DNA from: Candidatus Versatilivorator sp.
GTDB taxonomy: Bacteria > Acidobacteriota > Terriglobia > Versatilivoradales > Versatilivoraceae
Length of the DNA: 64,000 bases
NCBI GenBank assembly: GCA_965207735.1
Contig: OZ242296.1
Location: 3,648,001 to 3,712,000, forward strand
Reading direction: 5' to 3'
In this document: piece by piece, positions 26,192 to 36,548 of the stretch
How positions within the stretch are numbered: position 1 is the stretch's first letter
Layout of the letters: every line of letters starts with the position of its first letter
Position numbers and translations under genes: made by a program
The notes under the pieces: model-generated
What the model was told of the DNA's origin: nothing
The model's input: only the letters and a program-made list of their open reading frames with translations
Database searches by the model: none

Positions 26192-29100
26192 ATGCATCAG
26201 GACGGACTGCCGAAAAAACAGGGTTTGTACGATCCTCGCTTCGAGCGGGACAGTTGTGGCGTGGGCTTCGTGGTCAACGTGGATGGGACCCGAAGCCACC
26301 TCATCATCCGCCAGGGGTTGGAAGTCCTATGCAACCTGGCTCATCGAGGCGCCTGCGGTTGCGATCCGGAGACGGGAGACGGGGCCGGAGCCCTGATTCA
26401 GATCCCCCATGAATTTCTGAGGCGAGACTGCCGGGCGCTTGGGCTGCAGCTCCCCCCGCCGGGTGACTACGGGGTGGGCATGGTCTTTCTGCCTCGGGAG
26501 GCTGAAACCCGTGCCCGCCTGGAACGGGTCATGGAGGAGGTGATCGAGGCCGAGGGGCAACACCTCCTGGGCTGGCGGGATGTTCCCGTCGAAAGCCGGG
26601 CCATCGGCAGTCTGGCTCGAGAGTCGGAGCCCGTCATTCGCCAGGTCTTCGTCGGGAAAAATGCCGGCTTGAAGCGGATGGTCGACTTTGAGCGCAAGCT
26701 CTACGTGGTGTGCAAGCGGGTGGAGCGCGAGGTGGAGAGACGGGAGTTGGACCAGGGCGAGAGTTTCTACATCGCCAGCCTGTCGGCCGCCACCGTCGTT
26801 TACAAGGGCCTCCTGACCGCTCCTCAGATCCCGGACTACTATCGGGATCTGGCCGATCCTTCAGCCAAGAGCGCCCTGTGTCTGGTTCACTCCCGCTTCA
26901 GCACCAACACCTTCCCCTCCTGGAAGTTGGCTCATCCTTACCGTTACCTGGCCCACAACGGAGAGATCAACACGCTTTGCGGTAACCGCAACTGGATGCG
27001 AGCCCGCTCCAAGACGCTCTCCTCGGATCTGTTCGGGGAGGACCTTCCCAAGATTTTCCCGCTGGTGTCCGATACGGCCAGCGACAGCGCTACCATCGAC
27101 AACGCCCTGCAGTTCCTGGTGCAGGGCGGCCGCTCGCTGGCCCACTCGGTGGTGATGCTGATCCCGGAGGCCTGGAACAAGGACATTCGCATGGATCCCG
27201 ACAAGCGGGGTTTCTACGAGTACCATTCCTGTCTGATGGAGCCCTGGGACGGACCGGCCTCCATTGCCTTTACCGACGGGACCCGCATCGGCGCGGTGCT
27301 GGATCGAAACGGACTTCGGCCCTCCCGCTACGTGGTGACCAAGGACAACCTGGTGGTGATGGCCTCGGAAGTCGGCGTGCTGGACATGCCCCAGGATCAG
27401 ATCCTGTACAAGGGCCGGCTCCAACCCGGCAGGATGTTTCTGGTCGATACCGAGCAGGGCCGCATAATCGACGACTCGGAGCTGAAGCGGGCCCTGAGCA
27501 CCCGAAAGCCCTATCGCCGGTGGGTTGACGCCAACCGGATCGAGCTTTCCCAGTTGCCGCCGGCGCCGGCGGGGGAAGAACCGGTGGTCAAGGACCTGCT
27601 GACCCAGCAGCAGTCCTTCGGCTATACGGTGGAGGATCTTCGGTTGTTGATGGCTCCCATGGCCAGGAACGGCGAAGAAGCAGTCGGTTCCATGGGAACG
27701 GATACGCCCTTGGCGGTTCTCTCCAACAAGTCGCCGCTGCTCTACAACTACTTCAAGCAGCTCTTCGCCCAGGTGACCAACCCGCCCATCGATTCCATCC
27801 GGGAAGAGATGGTGATGTCGGTCGAAAGCTATATCGGCAGCGAGCAGAATCTCCTGGACGAAACTCCCAGACATGCGCGCCTGCTCAAATTGCAGCGCCC
27901 CGTTCTGACCGACCGTGAGCTCGGCCGAATCCGGCACGCCTCGGTCAAGGACTTCAGCGCCAAGACCTTGAAGATGCATTTCCCCGGAGGCGACGGAGAG
28001 GGCGGGTTGGAGACCGCCCTGGAGGCACTCTGCCGCCAGGCATCCCAGGCGGTTGGCCGGGGGCACAACATCATCATTCTCTCCGATCGCGGGGTCGATG
28101 CCGAAAAGGTGCCCATCCCGGCCCTGCTGGCGACTTCGGCCGTCCACCACCACCTGGTTCGGGAAGGCACCCGGACCAAGGTCGGCATCGTTGTGGAAAC
28201 CGGCGAGGCTCGGGAGGTCATGCACTTTGCGCTCCTGATCGGCTACGGTGCCGGGGCGGTAAACCCCTACCTGGCCTTCCGGACCTTGGCCGACATGGTG
28301 ACCCAGAAGCTCTTTGGTACCGAGGTCACCGAAGAACTTGCCTTCAAGAACTACCTCAAGTCCATCAACAAGGCCCTGCTCAAGATCATTGCCAAGATGG
28401 GGATCTCCACCATCCAGAGCTATCGGGGCGCTCAGATTTTCGAAGCCATCGGGCTGAACTCGCATCTGGTCGAACGCCACTTCACCGGCACCGCCTCCCG
28501 CGTCGAGGGCATCGGCCTGGAAGTTCTGGGACGGGAGGCCATCGCGCGTCACCGTCAGGGTTTCCCCCAGGCGCAGTCTCGGAAACCCTTGTTGAATGTG
28601 GGGGGACAGTATCAATGGCGGCGCGATGGCGAGTTCCACCTGTTCAACCCCGAATCGGTGGCCAAGCTGCAGGTAGCCACCCGTCACGGCGACTACCGCC
28701 TGTTCAAGCAGTACTCCACCTTGATCAATGACCAGAGCCGGAACCTGTGTACGCTCAGGGGAATGTTCAAGCTCAAGAAGGGCAATTCTGTTCCTCTGGA
28801 TGAGGTCGAGCCTGCCTCCGAGATCGTGCAGCGGTTCGCTACCGGGGCCATGTCCTTTGGATCCATCAGCAAGGAAGCCCACGAGAACCTGGCCATCGCC
28901 ATGAATCGTATCGGGGCCAAGAGCAACACGGGCGAGGGAGGCGAGGATCCGGCCCGCTACGTCCGCGACCCCAACGGGGACTGGCGTCGCAGCGCCATCA
29001 AGCAGGTGGCTTCGGGGCGCTTTGGAGTGACGGTGGAGTACCTGGTCAACTCGGAGGAACTGCAGATCAAGATGGCCCAGGGGGCCAAGCCGGGAGAAGG

Positions 29101-30748
29101 GGGCCAGTTGCCCGGACACAAGGTGGACAAGGTGATCGCCCGGGTGCGCCACTCCACTCCGGGAGTTTCGCTGATATCGCCTCCGCCCCACCACGACATT
29201 TACTCCATCGAGGACCTGGCCCAATTGATTCACGACCTCAAGAACTCCAATCCTCGAGCCAGGATTTCGGTGAAATTGGTGGCTGAGGTGGGAGTGGGCA
29301 CAGTGGCGGCGGGGGTCTCAAAGGCCCATTCCGACGTGGTCCTCATCAGCGGGCACGACGGAGGCACTGGCGCTTCTCCGCAGACCTCCATCAAGCATGC
29401 CGGCGTCCCCTGGGAACTGGGCCTGGCGGAAACCCAGCAAACGTTGGTGCTCAACGACCTGCGGGGGCGCATCGTGGTTCAGACCGATGGCCAGCTCAAG
29501 ACGGGCCGGGACGTGGCGGTGGCCATCCTGCTGGGCGCCGAGGAGTTCGGCTGCGCCACGGCGCCGCTGGTGGCTTCCGGGTGCATCATGATGCGCAAGT
29601 GCCATCTCAACACCTGTCCGGTGGGCGTCGCCACCCAGGATCCGGTGCTGCGCCGCAAGTTCGCCGGCAAGCCCGAGTATGTCATCAACTTTTTCACCTT
29701 CGTGGCCGAGGAACTGCGGGAGATCATGGCGGAAATGGGCTTTCGCAAGGTGGAGGAGATGGTGGGACGGTCGGATCGCCTGGACGTGACCGACGCGGTC
29801 GAGCACTGGAAGGCGATGGGGCTGGACTTCACTCGCATCTTCTACAGGCCTCAGGTTCCGGAGCGGGTCGCCACCCACAAGGTCCAGGAACAGGACCACG
29901 GCTTGGAGAAGGCCCTGGACCATCAGTTGATCGCCGATTGCCGGGAATCCCTGGAGAAGGGAACCCGGATTTCCCTCGGCTACCCCATCAGGAACTCCCA
30001 GCGCACCGTGGGTACCATGCTGAGTTCCGCCCTGGCCGAGCGCCACGGCAACTCGGGGCTTCCCGACGATTCCATTCAGGTGGATTTTCGCGGGTCGGCC
30101 GGGCAAAGCTTCGGGGCTTTTCTGGCGGCCGGCATTACCTTCAGGCTGGAAGGGGACGCCAACGACTACATCGGCAAGGGGTTGTCGGGTGGCAAGTTGA
30201 TCGTGTTTCCCCCGAGAGAGAGGACCTTCAAGGCCGAAGACAACATCCTGATCGGAAACGTGGTGCTCTACGGCGCCACCGGGGGACAAGCCTACTTCCG
30301 GGGGGTGGCCGGCGAGCGATTTGCAGTGCGCAACAGCGGCGCCCGTGCGGTCGTGGAAGGGGTGGGGGACCATGGGTGCGAGTACATGACCGGCGGAGTG
30401 GCGGTGGTGCTCGGCAAGACCGGGCGCAACTTTGCCGCCGGAATGAGCGGAGGCGTCGCCTTCGTGCTCGACGAGTCGGGCCTCTTCAGGCAGAACTGCA
30501 ACCACAGCATGGTGGATCTTGAACCGGTGGTGGAGTCTGCCGACGTGGAGATGCTCAAGGGAATGATCTCCCGGCACCGGGGTTTCACCGGGAGTGCGGT
30601 CGCGGAAAGAGTGTTGCGGAACTGGGAGGCTCTGCTGCCCAAGTTCCTGAAGGTCATGCCCGTAGATTACCGGAGAGTCCTTCAGGAGTTGGAAAAGGCC
30701 AGGGCCGCGGCGGCCGACCGCGACAAAACCCCGGCCCTGTCGCGTTAG
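26192..30748 (+). CDS. gltB: glutamate synthase large subunit
   Basis: [70 protein letters not shown] domain. Confidence 0.98.
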   Translation: MHQDGLPKKQGLYDPRFERDSCGVGFVVNVDGTRSHLIIRQGLEVLCNLAHRGACGCDPETGDGAGALIQIPHEFLRRDCRALGLQLPPPGDYGVGMVFLPREAETRARLERVMEEVIEAEGQHLLGWRDVPVESRAIGSLARESEPVIRQVFVGKNAGLKRMVDFERKLYVVCKRVEREVERRELDQGESFYIASLSAATVVYKGLLTAPQIPDYYRDLADPSAKSALCLVHSRFSTNTFPSWKLAHPYRYLAHNGEINTLCGNRNWMRARSKTLSSDLFGEDLPKIFPLVSDTASDSATIDNALQFLVQGGRSLAHSVVMLIPEAWNKDIRMDPDKRGFYEYHSCLMEPWDGPASIAFTDGTRIGAVLDRNGLRPSRYVVTKDNLVVMASEVGVLDMPQDQILYKGRLQPGRMFLVDTEQGRIIDDSELKRALSTRKPYRRWVDANRIELSQLPPAPAGEEPVVKDLLTQQQSFGYTVEDLRLLMAPMARNGEEAVGSMGTDTPLAVLSNKSPLLYNYFKQLFAQVTNPPIDSIREEMVMSVESYIGSEQNLLDETPRHARLLKLQRPVLTDRELGRIRHASVKDFSAKTLKMHFPGGDGEGGLETALEALCRQASQAVGRGHNIIILSDRGVDAEKVPIPALLATSAVHHHLVREGTRTKVGIVVETGEAREVMHFALLIGYGAGAVNPYLAFRTLADMVTQKLFGTEVTEELAFKNYLKSINKALLKIIAKMGISTIQSYRGAQIFEAIGLNSHLVERHFTGTASRVEGIGLEVLGREAIARHRQGFPQAQSRKPLLNVGGQYQWRRDGEFHLFNPESVAKLQVATRHGDYRLFKQYSTLINDQSRNLCTLRGMFKLKKGNSVPLDEVEPASEIVQRFATGAMSFGSISKEAHENLAIAMNRIGAKSNTGEGGEDPARYVRDPNGDWRRSAIKQVASGRFGVTVEYLVNSEELQIKMAQGAKPGEGGQLPGHKVDKVIARVRHSTPGVSLISPPPHHDIYSIEDLAQLIHDLKNSNPRARISVKLVAEVGVGTVAAGVSKAHSDVVLISGHDGGTGASPQTSIKHAGVPWELGLAETQQTLVLNDLRGRIVVQTDGQLKTGRDVAVAILLGAEEFGCATAPLVASGCIMMRKCHLNTCPVGVATQDPVLRRKFAGKPEYVINFFTFVAEELREIMAEMGFRKVEEMVGRSDRLDVTDAVEHWKAMGLDFTRIFYRPQVPERVATHKVQEQDHGLEKALDHQLIADCRESLEKGTRISLGYPIRNSQRTVGTMLSSALAERHGNSGLPDDSIQVDFRGSAGQSFGAFLAAGITFRLEGDANDYIGKGLSGGKLIVFPPRERTFKAEDNILIGNVVLYGATGGQAYFRGVAGERFAVRNSGARAVVEGVGDHGCEYMTGGVAVVLGKTGRNFAAGMSGGVAFVLDESGLFRQNCNHSMVDLEPVVESADVEMLKGMISRHRGFTGSAVAERVLRNWEALLPKFLKVMPVDYRRVLQELEKARAAAADRDKTPALSR

Positions 30749-30766
30749 CCCGGTCACCGGCAAGAC

Positions 30767-30792
30767 AAACCGGAACCCCGCGGTTCCGGCTT
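30767..30792. other. intergenic hairpin between gltB and gltD
   Basis: aaaccggaacc-ccgc-ggttccggctt; no U-tract, so more likely an mRNA stability element than a terminator. Confidence 0.4.
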
Positions 30793-30846
30793 GGATTCGG
30801 AGTTGGCCCCAGGGTCCCCATTCACTGTCTCCGGGGCGGAGAAGCC

Positions 30847-32286
30847 ATGGGAAAAGTAACGGGCTTCATGGAAATCGGCCGGAAGATGGCCCCCCGCCGA
30901 CCCGTCGAGGACCGCCTCAAGGACTGGTTCCAGGTGTACCGGGAACCTGCCGACTCCCTGGTGCAGAGCCAGGGGGCGCGGTGCATGGATTGCGGCATTC
31001 CCTTCTGTCACACCGGCTGTCCTCTGGGGAACATTATTCCGGATTGGAACGACCTGGTTTATCAAAACCGCTGGCGGGAAGCGATCCAGGTACTGCACAA
31101 GACCAACAACTTCCCCGAATTTACCGGATGGGTCTGTCCGGCGCCCTGCGAAACGGCCTGTGTGCTCGGAATCAACGACGATCCGGTCACTATCAAGCAG
31201 ATCGAAATCAGCATCATCGAGCACGCCTTCCGCGAGGGCTGGATCAAACCCGTGCCTCCCACCGTTCGTACCGGGAAAAAGGTGGCCGTGGTGGGTTCGG
31301 GCCCGGCCGGTCTGGCCTGTGCGGACCAGTTGAACAAGGTGGGCCACCGGGTCACCGTGTTGGAACGAGCCGACCGCATCGGGGGGCTGCTGACCTATGG
31401 GATTCCGGATTTCAAGCTGGAAAAGTGGGTAGTGAGCCGCCGCCTCGATCTGATGCGGGATGAGGGGGTCGTCTTCAAGACCGGGGCCAACGTCGGATTC
31501 AACGTGGCGGTGGAGGATCTGAGGCGCGACTTCGATGCTCTGGTTCTGGCGGGCGGGGCCACCAAGGCCCGCGATCTGCCCCTGCCGGGCCGGGAGCTGG
31601 ACGGCATCCATCTGGCCATGGATTACCTGCCGCAGCAGAACCGGCGGGTGGCCGGGGACCGGAAGATTCCGGGAAAAGCCATCACCGCCAAGGGCAAGCG
31701 GGTGATCATCCTGGGCGGCGGGGATACGGGTTCGGACTGCCACGGTACGGCTCTCAGGCAGGGAGCCCGCTCGGTGCACTCCTGGGAGCTTCTGCCCAAA
31801 CCTCCGGCTGAACGGACTCCCTCCATGCCGTGGCCCTACTGGCCGATGATCCTGAGAACCTCCTCTTCCCACGAAGAGGGCGGCTTTCGGGACTGGAGCG
31901 TCAGCACCAAGCAGTTTAGCGGCTCCAACGGTCGGGTGGAGAAGCTGCATGCAGTCCGGGTCGAATTCGGAGAACCCAACGACAACGGACGCCGGCCCAT
32001 GCGGGAAGTGCCTGGAAGCGAGTTTGAGGTAGAGACCGAGCTGGTGTTGCTGGCGATGGGATTCCTTGGACCGGAGTCCGACGGCATGCTGAAACAACTG
32101 GGGGTCAAGCTGGACGCTCGCGGCAACGTGGAGGCGGACGGCAACTACATGAGTAGCCTGCCGGGAGTCTTTGCGGCCGGTGACATGCGGCGAGGACAGT
32201 CACTGGTGGTCTGGGCCATCGCCGAAGGCCGCCGGGCCGCTCGCGGCGTGGACCAGTTTCTGATGGGATCGACCGATCTGCCCTGA
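30847..32286 (+). CDS. gltD: glutamate synthase small subunit
   Basis: [51 protein letters not shown]. Confidence 0.98.
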   Translation: MGKVTGFMEIGRKMAPRRPVEDRLKDWFQVYREPADSLVQSQGARCMDCGIPFCHTGCPLGNIIPDWNDLVYQNRWREAIQVLHKTNNFPEFTGWVCPAPCETACVLGINDDPVTIKQIEISIIEHAFREGWIKPVPPTVRTGKKVAVVGSGPAGLACADQLNKVGHRVTVLERADRIGGLLTYGIPDFKLEKWVVSRRLDLMRDEGVVFKTGANVGFNVAVEDLRRDFDALVLAGGATKARDLPLPGRELDGIHLAMDYLPQQNRRVAGDRKIPGKAITAKGKRVIILGGGDTGSDCHGTALRQGARSVHSWELLPKPPAERTPSMPWPYWPMILRTSSSHEEGGFRDWSVSTKQFSGSNGRVEKLHAVRVEFGEPNDNGRRPMREVPGSEFEVETELVLLAMGFLGPESDGMLKQLGVKLDARGNVEADGNYMSSLPGVFAAGDMRRGQSLVVWAIAEGRRAARGVDQFLMGSTDLP

Positions 32287-32431
32287 TCGGCCCCCGAGCC
32301 GGCCCGCCGGCGCAGTCCGATTCCCGGTCTTCTCCCTCCGTCAACCCCGATCCCGGACAACCCCATCTCCTTGGCGCCAGGCCATTCCCGCCGTCAGCGG
32401 GAGAATCCTTACCTCGAGGTTACGACTCCTT

Positions 32432-33364
32432 ATGGAAGGCAGCGGCAAGATCGAGCGCCTCAACGTTCCTGCGCTGGATGAAATTCTGGGGGTTCCCTTC
32501 CGGGTCCTCAATGACGGCTTCATCCGATTGATCGACTACATGGGTTCGGACGAGTCCATCGTGCAAGCCGCCCGGGTGTCCTACGGCAAGGGAACCAAGA
32601 AGGTCCACCAGGACCGCGGCCTGATTCGATACCTGATGCGGCACCAGCACACCACTCCCTTCGAGATGTGCGAGATCAAGCTGCATGTACGGGTGCCGAT
32701 GGACTGCTGGCGCCAGTGGATTCGCCACCGAACAGCCAGTGTCAACGAGTACTCGACCCGCTATTCCGAGGCTATCGACTCGGCTCAATTGACCGACGAC
32801 GACCAGTGGCGGGAGCAATCCCGGGGTAACCGGCAGGGCAGCACGGGATTCCTGACTCGGGAGCTCGGCTCGGAGCTTTCCGAAAGAGAAGCAAACCTGA
32901 TTCGCGACAGCCGCCGGCTCTACCGGGAACGACTCGAGGCCGGGGTCGCCAGAGAGCAGGCGCGCAAGGACCTTCCGCTCTCAACCTATACCGAGGCCTA
33001 CTGGAAGATCGATCTCCACAACTTGTTGCATTTCCTGGCCCTGAGAATGGATGCCCACGCCCAGTGGGAGATCCGCAGCTACGCTATCGTCATCGGCGAG
33101 CAATTTCTCAGCCGCTGGTGCCCCATTACCTGGGAAGCCTTCCAGGACTACCGCTTTCATTCCACCGCCCTGTCCCGCCGGGAGCAGCAGATTATCCGCA
33201 TGCTGGCCGCCGACCGGGCCGAGGAGGCCAAGGAACTGGCCACTCGATTCGGGTTTCTCAACTATGACGGCCCCCGTCTCAAACCAAACCGCGAGCGCAA
33301 GGAGCTGGAAGAAAAGCTTCAGTCTCTGAACTTCAAGATTCCCTGGCTGGATGGTCAGCAATAA
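32432..33364 (+). CDS. thyX: FAD-dependent thymidylate synthase
   Basis: AARVSY, HTTPFE, RQWIRHRTASVNEYSTRY, AREQARKDLP, HAQWEIR. Confidence 0.96.
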   Translation: MEGSGKIERLNVPALDEILGVPFRVLNDGFIRLIDYMGSDESIVQAARVSYGKGTKKVHQDRGLIRYLMRHQHTTPFEMCEIKLHVRVPMDCWRQWIRHRTASVNEYSTRYSEAIDSAQLTDDDQWREQSRGNRQGSTGFLTRELGSELSEREANLIRDSRRLYRERLEAGVAREQARKDLPLSTYTEAYWKIDLHNLLHFLALRMDAHAQWEIRSYAIVIGEQFLSRWCPITWEAFQDYRFHSTALSRREQQIIRMLAADRAEEAKELATRFGFLNYDGPRLKPNRERKELEEKLQSLNFKIPWLDGQQ

Positions 33365-33383
33365 ATGCGGGGCAAGCGCCCCG

Positions 33384-33716
33384 TCAATCCATGAGGGTGT
33401 CGATCCTTGTGTCCAGCGCTTCCGCAATGCGGTGCCAGGCCTTCACGGAGCCGGTCTTGAGACCTCGTTCGATTTCGGAGAGATACCCGTTGGCAAGCCC
33501 CGTCCTTTCAGCCAGCGCTCTCAACGTCATACCGCGAAACGCGCGCCAGGCAGCTACGGGGTTCTCCCCGTCCATGATTTTCAGGAACACTTCGTGCGGG
33601 ATGCGGCTCTCATCATCGGCTTCCCTGGCCGCCAACAAATCTTCCAGCTCTTCCTGACGAGCAATCAGTGCGTCGTAGTCCGCCCGACTCAGAGTTACGG
33701 TTTCGGTCTCAGACAT
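33384..33716 (-). CDS. XRE-family HTH protein, antitoxin-like
   Basis: VTLSRADYDAL..LEDL N-terminus; ENPVAAWR..RGMTLRALAERTGLANGYLSEIERG HTH. Confidence 0.85.
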   Translation of the reverse strand: MSETETVTLSRADYDALIARQEELEDLLAAREADDESRIPHEVFLKIMDGENPVAAWRAFRGMTLRALAERTGLANGYLSEIERGLKTGSVKAWHRIAEALDTRIDTLMD

Positions 33717-33770
33717 AGGCTTCCCTCCGATGCCGGACTCTCAAGACAATCATGATAGTCATGTCGCCGT
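33709..33770 (-). pseudogene. C-terminal remnant of a RelE/ParE-type toxin
   Basis: Frame reads GDMTIMIVLRVRHRREAYV-stop and overlaps the antitoxin ATG; upstream sequence is not RelE-like. Confidence 0.5.
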
Positions 33771-33924
33771 GTTGACCGGATGTAGGCAGATAGCGCGGAA
33801 CTTGTGCGACATGTTCGGGAGTCAACGCCTTGCAGGCTTTCAGTGTTCTGCTCTTTTTTGTGTTTTTGTGCCTTTTGTGGCCATTCCCGGCAAAGGTCCC
33901 GCTGCTGAATATTGCAAAAGGCTC

Positions 33925-34078
33925 GAGAGTGAAACAATCAGAAATCGACCATCCTATCGCGACCTTGGCATCCCGTCGCGGTTCATCTCAACGCCTTAGT
34001 GTCCCTTCGTCGTTCTTCGTGCCCCTTCGTGGATAACTCTTTTTCTCTTGTCTTTTTTCGTTTGTTTCAGGCAAACCG
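33925..34078 (-). repeat. repeat family A, full inverted-repeat-bounded copy overlapping the rqcH 3' end
   Basis: Minus strand ttgcctgaaacaaacgaaaaaagacaagagaaaaagagttatccacgaaggggcacgaagaacgacgaagggacactaaggcgttgag...gatttctgattgtttcactctc. Confidence 0.92.
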
Positions 34079-35784
34079 GGCATACAGGGCTGGACGGCAA
34101 CCGACTGATAACGCCTGAGCCGGACGAGACCGGGCTTCCCGCCTTTGGGCTTGGCCACGAATCTCTTCTGCGTATAGTGCACTTCGACCCTGGGAGCGTT
34201 GCGGGCCTGGCTGAAGTAGGCGGCCAATTGGGCCGCTTCCAGCAGCGAGGGCTGCGAGGGGGCCGGCTGCTTCTCGGGATTTCGCAGCACCACGTGGGAT
34301 CCTGAATACCCGGCCACATGCAGCCAGAAGTCGTGGGCGTGGGCCACCTTGGTCGTCAGGGCGTCGTTTTGCCGGTTTCCCCTGCCCACCAGAATGGCCA
34401 ACCCTTCCGACGAGACAAAGTGGCGAGCCAGCTTCGAAGTTTCCGGTGTTCCGCCTTCCCTCGAAGTGTGGCGGCGCCTGGACCCGGCCGGGGTCGCAGA
34501 AGGGGCTGGGTGCGGTCGTGCGGGCGGCGGCTCCGGTTCTGGCGGAAGGGTTTCCGGGTCCGGCTGCTCCTGCTGCTTTTCCAGGGTTTCCATCTCAGCC
34601 CGTAGCGCTTCCAGGCGAGTCAGAATCCTCGGAATGGCCCGGCTCGATTTCTGGAATTGCCGGGCATAGCGGGAAGCATTCTGGAGCGCCGTGAGCCGGG
34701 GTTCCAGGGGAATGGTCACCTCGGGCTGACCCGGCTGAAACAAGTCCGGAAGCCGCACGGATGAACGGCCCGCGGCCAACCCGGTGGCCTGGGCCAGCAG
34801 CAGGTCGCTGTATTTCTTGAAACGCTGGGCCTGGCGATTTCTTTCCAGGTCGGATTGCAGGTCTTTCAGCAACCGGGTCAGCTTCCGGCTTCGCTGGCGG
34901 AGCGGTGAGAGCCGGGCTTGACGCCGTTGGAGCCGTCGTTGCCGATCCTGAAAAAGCCGGCAGGTCTCGGCCACGGCGGCGTTCATGTCGGGAAATTCCC
35001 GATGGGGAGAATCCTGCAGATGTGCCAGCGGAAAAGGAGAGCAGATCCAGGGCTGGCTGTCTTTGCCGGGCGGGTAAATCCGGGGACTCGAGGGACCCTG
35101 CCGCAGCTGCTGAATGAACTCCTGGAAGTGGCCCCACGACCCCTCCGGATCCGGCCTGGATCGGTAGGCAAACTCTCGAAGGAAGAGGGGACTCAGGCCT
35201 CGGATTCCCCGGCGGGGCCGGCGGGCGTGGGCTGCCCCGGGACCCTTCCGTTCGGACTGCCGACCGGCATCCAGGATCAGGTCATGGAACGCTTGGCTAT
35301 TGAGGTTATCCAGGCCAGGCCCAGGGCCCGAAACGGGTCCGGCGGCGGGCTGGTGGGGTCTGAAGGCCCGTAGAACCCGGCCCTGGGCGTCCTCCAGGAA
35401 GGCATTGGCCCGCAGGGGAATCAGTTCCAGGCGCAACCGGAGGGTTCTTGGCGAATGGGGCCACCGCCCATCCTCGACCACGAGAGCGACCACCCGATCC
35501 TCCAGCTCCTTTTCAATCGCAACGATGGTGGCCCCCACCAGATGGCTCCGAATCGAAAGTATCCAGTCGCTGGGAACGGCGGTGTGTCCTGTCGATGGTT
35601 GCTTGGGCCGCAGGAACAGGCATGGGAGTCGCTGTTCCAGCACCACCATCAGGTCGAAAGGGCAGGGGCGATGCAGCGAGAAGAGAAATTGCCGCTCATC
35701 GAGCTGCCTCACCTTTCGAATCCTGGTCTTTGGCAGCAACTCCCAAAGTTCCCGCACCAGCGCCTGGAGGCAGAAATTATCCAT
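33988..35784 (-). CDS. rqcH: NFACT/RqcH (FbpA-like) ribosome quality-control protein
   Basis: MDNFCLQALVREL start overlapping maf; IPLEPRLTALQNASRY; LVGRGNRQNDALT..DFWLHVAGYSGSHVVLR..AAQLAAYFS..KPKGGKPGLV. Confidence 0.88.
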   Translation of the reverse strand: MDNFCLQALVRELWELLPKTRIRKVRQLDERQFLFSLHRPCPFDLMVVLEQRLPCLFLRPKQPSTGHTAVPSDWILSIRSHLVGATIVAIEKELEDRVVALVVEDGRWPHSPRTLRLRLELIPLRANAFLEDAQGRVLRAFRPHQPAAGPVSGPGPGLDNLNSQAFHDLILDAGRQSERKGPGAAHARRPRRGIRGLSPLFLREFAYRSRPDPEGSWGHFQEFIQQLRQGPSSPRIYPPGKDSQPWICSPFPLAHLQDSPHREFPDMNAAVAETCRLFQDRQRRLQRRQARLSPLRQRSRKLTRLLKDLQSDLERNRQAQRFKKYSDLLLAQATGLAAGRSSVRLPDLFQPGQPEVTIPLEPRLTALQNASRYARQFQKSSRAIPRILTRLEALRAEMETLEKQQEQPDPETLPPEPEPPPARPHPAPSATPAGSRRRHTSREGGTPETSKLARHFVSSEGLAILVGRGNRQNDALTTKVAHAHDFWLHVAGYSGSHVVLRNPEKQPAPSQPSLLEAAQLAAYFSQARNAPRVEVHYTQKRFVAKPKGGKPGLVRLRRYQSVAVQPCMPGLPETNEKRQEKKSYPRRGTKNDEGTLRR

Positions 35785-36373
35785 CTGCCGGGAACCCCAT
35801 TTGCATGAGCGTCCGGTGGAGGTGGGCCAGGGGTAGGCCGACGACGTTGAAGTAGCAGCCGCGAATGCCCTGAATGAATCGGGAGCCGTATCCCTGAATT
35901 GCATAGGCTCCGGCCTTGCCCAGGGGCTCACCGGTGGCCAGGTATTCCTGGATGTCTCGACTGGAAAGTGCCGCGAAGCGAACGGTGGTTTCGACGTAGC
36001 TGGTCTGCCGGAGTTGCAGGTGCCGGATACAGATGCCCGTCAGCACCTCGTGGGTGCGGCCGCTCAGTTTCTGCAGCATCTCGGCCGCCACCTCCAATGA
36101 TGCGGGCTTTCCCAGAATCTCGGAGCCGCAGACCACCACCGTATCGGCTCCTACCACCCAGGCGTCGGGGCGGGCGTCGGGGATGGCTTCGGCCTTGGCT
36201 CGAGCCAGGCGCATCACCAGCCGGTCCGGAGAGTCACCCCGTCGAGGTTCCTCCGGGACGCCGCTCGTCCTGACTTCGAAGTCGAATCGGAGGAGCTTCA
36301 TCAGCTCCTGTCTTCTGGGCGAGGCCGATGCTAGAATCAGGCTTGGGGAATGGGAGCTGAGTCCGGCGGGCAT
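35777..36373 (-). CDS. maf: Maf-family nucleoside triphosphate pyrophosphatase
   Basis: LILASASPRR, GADTVV, ILGKP, LSGRTHEV, KAGAYAIQG, NVVGLP. Confidence 0.95.
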   Translation of the reverse strand: MPAGLSSHSPSLILASASPRRQELMKLLRFDFEVRTSGVPEEPRRGDSPDRLVMRLARAKAEAIPDARPDAWVVGADTVVVCGSEILGKPASLEVAAEMLQKLSGRTHEVLTGICIRHLQLRQTSYVETTVRFAALSSRDIQEYLATGEPLGKAGAYAIQGYGSRFIQGIRGCYFNVVGLPLAHLHRTLMQMGFPADG

Positions 36374-36548
36374 GTGGGTGGAGGTCCTCGAAAGGCTTCC
36401 CGAACGCAGTCTGCATCGAGTGCCCGGGCTGACAATTCCCCTGCCGGTCCTGCCCGGAACGGTCCCGTTTACAAACTTCCGGGCGGTATGATAGAACAGG
36501 TCCATTCCGTGGTTCCAGCCACCCGGTGCGGCTCTGCCTGCGAGGAGG

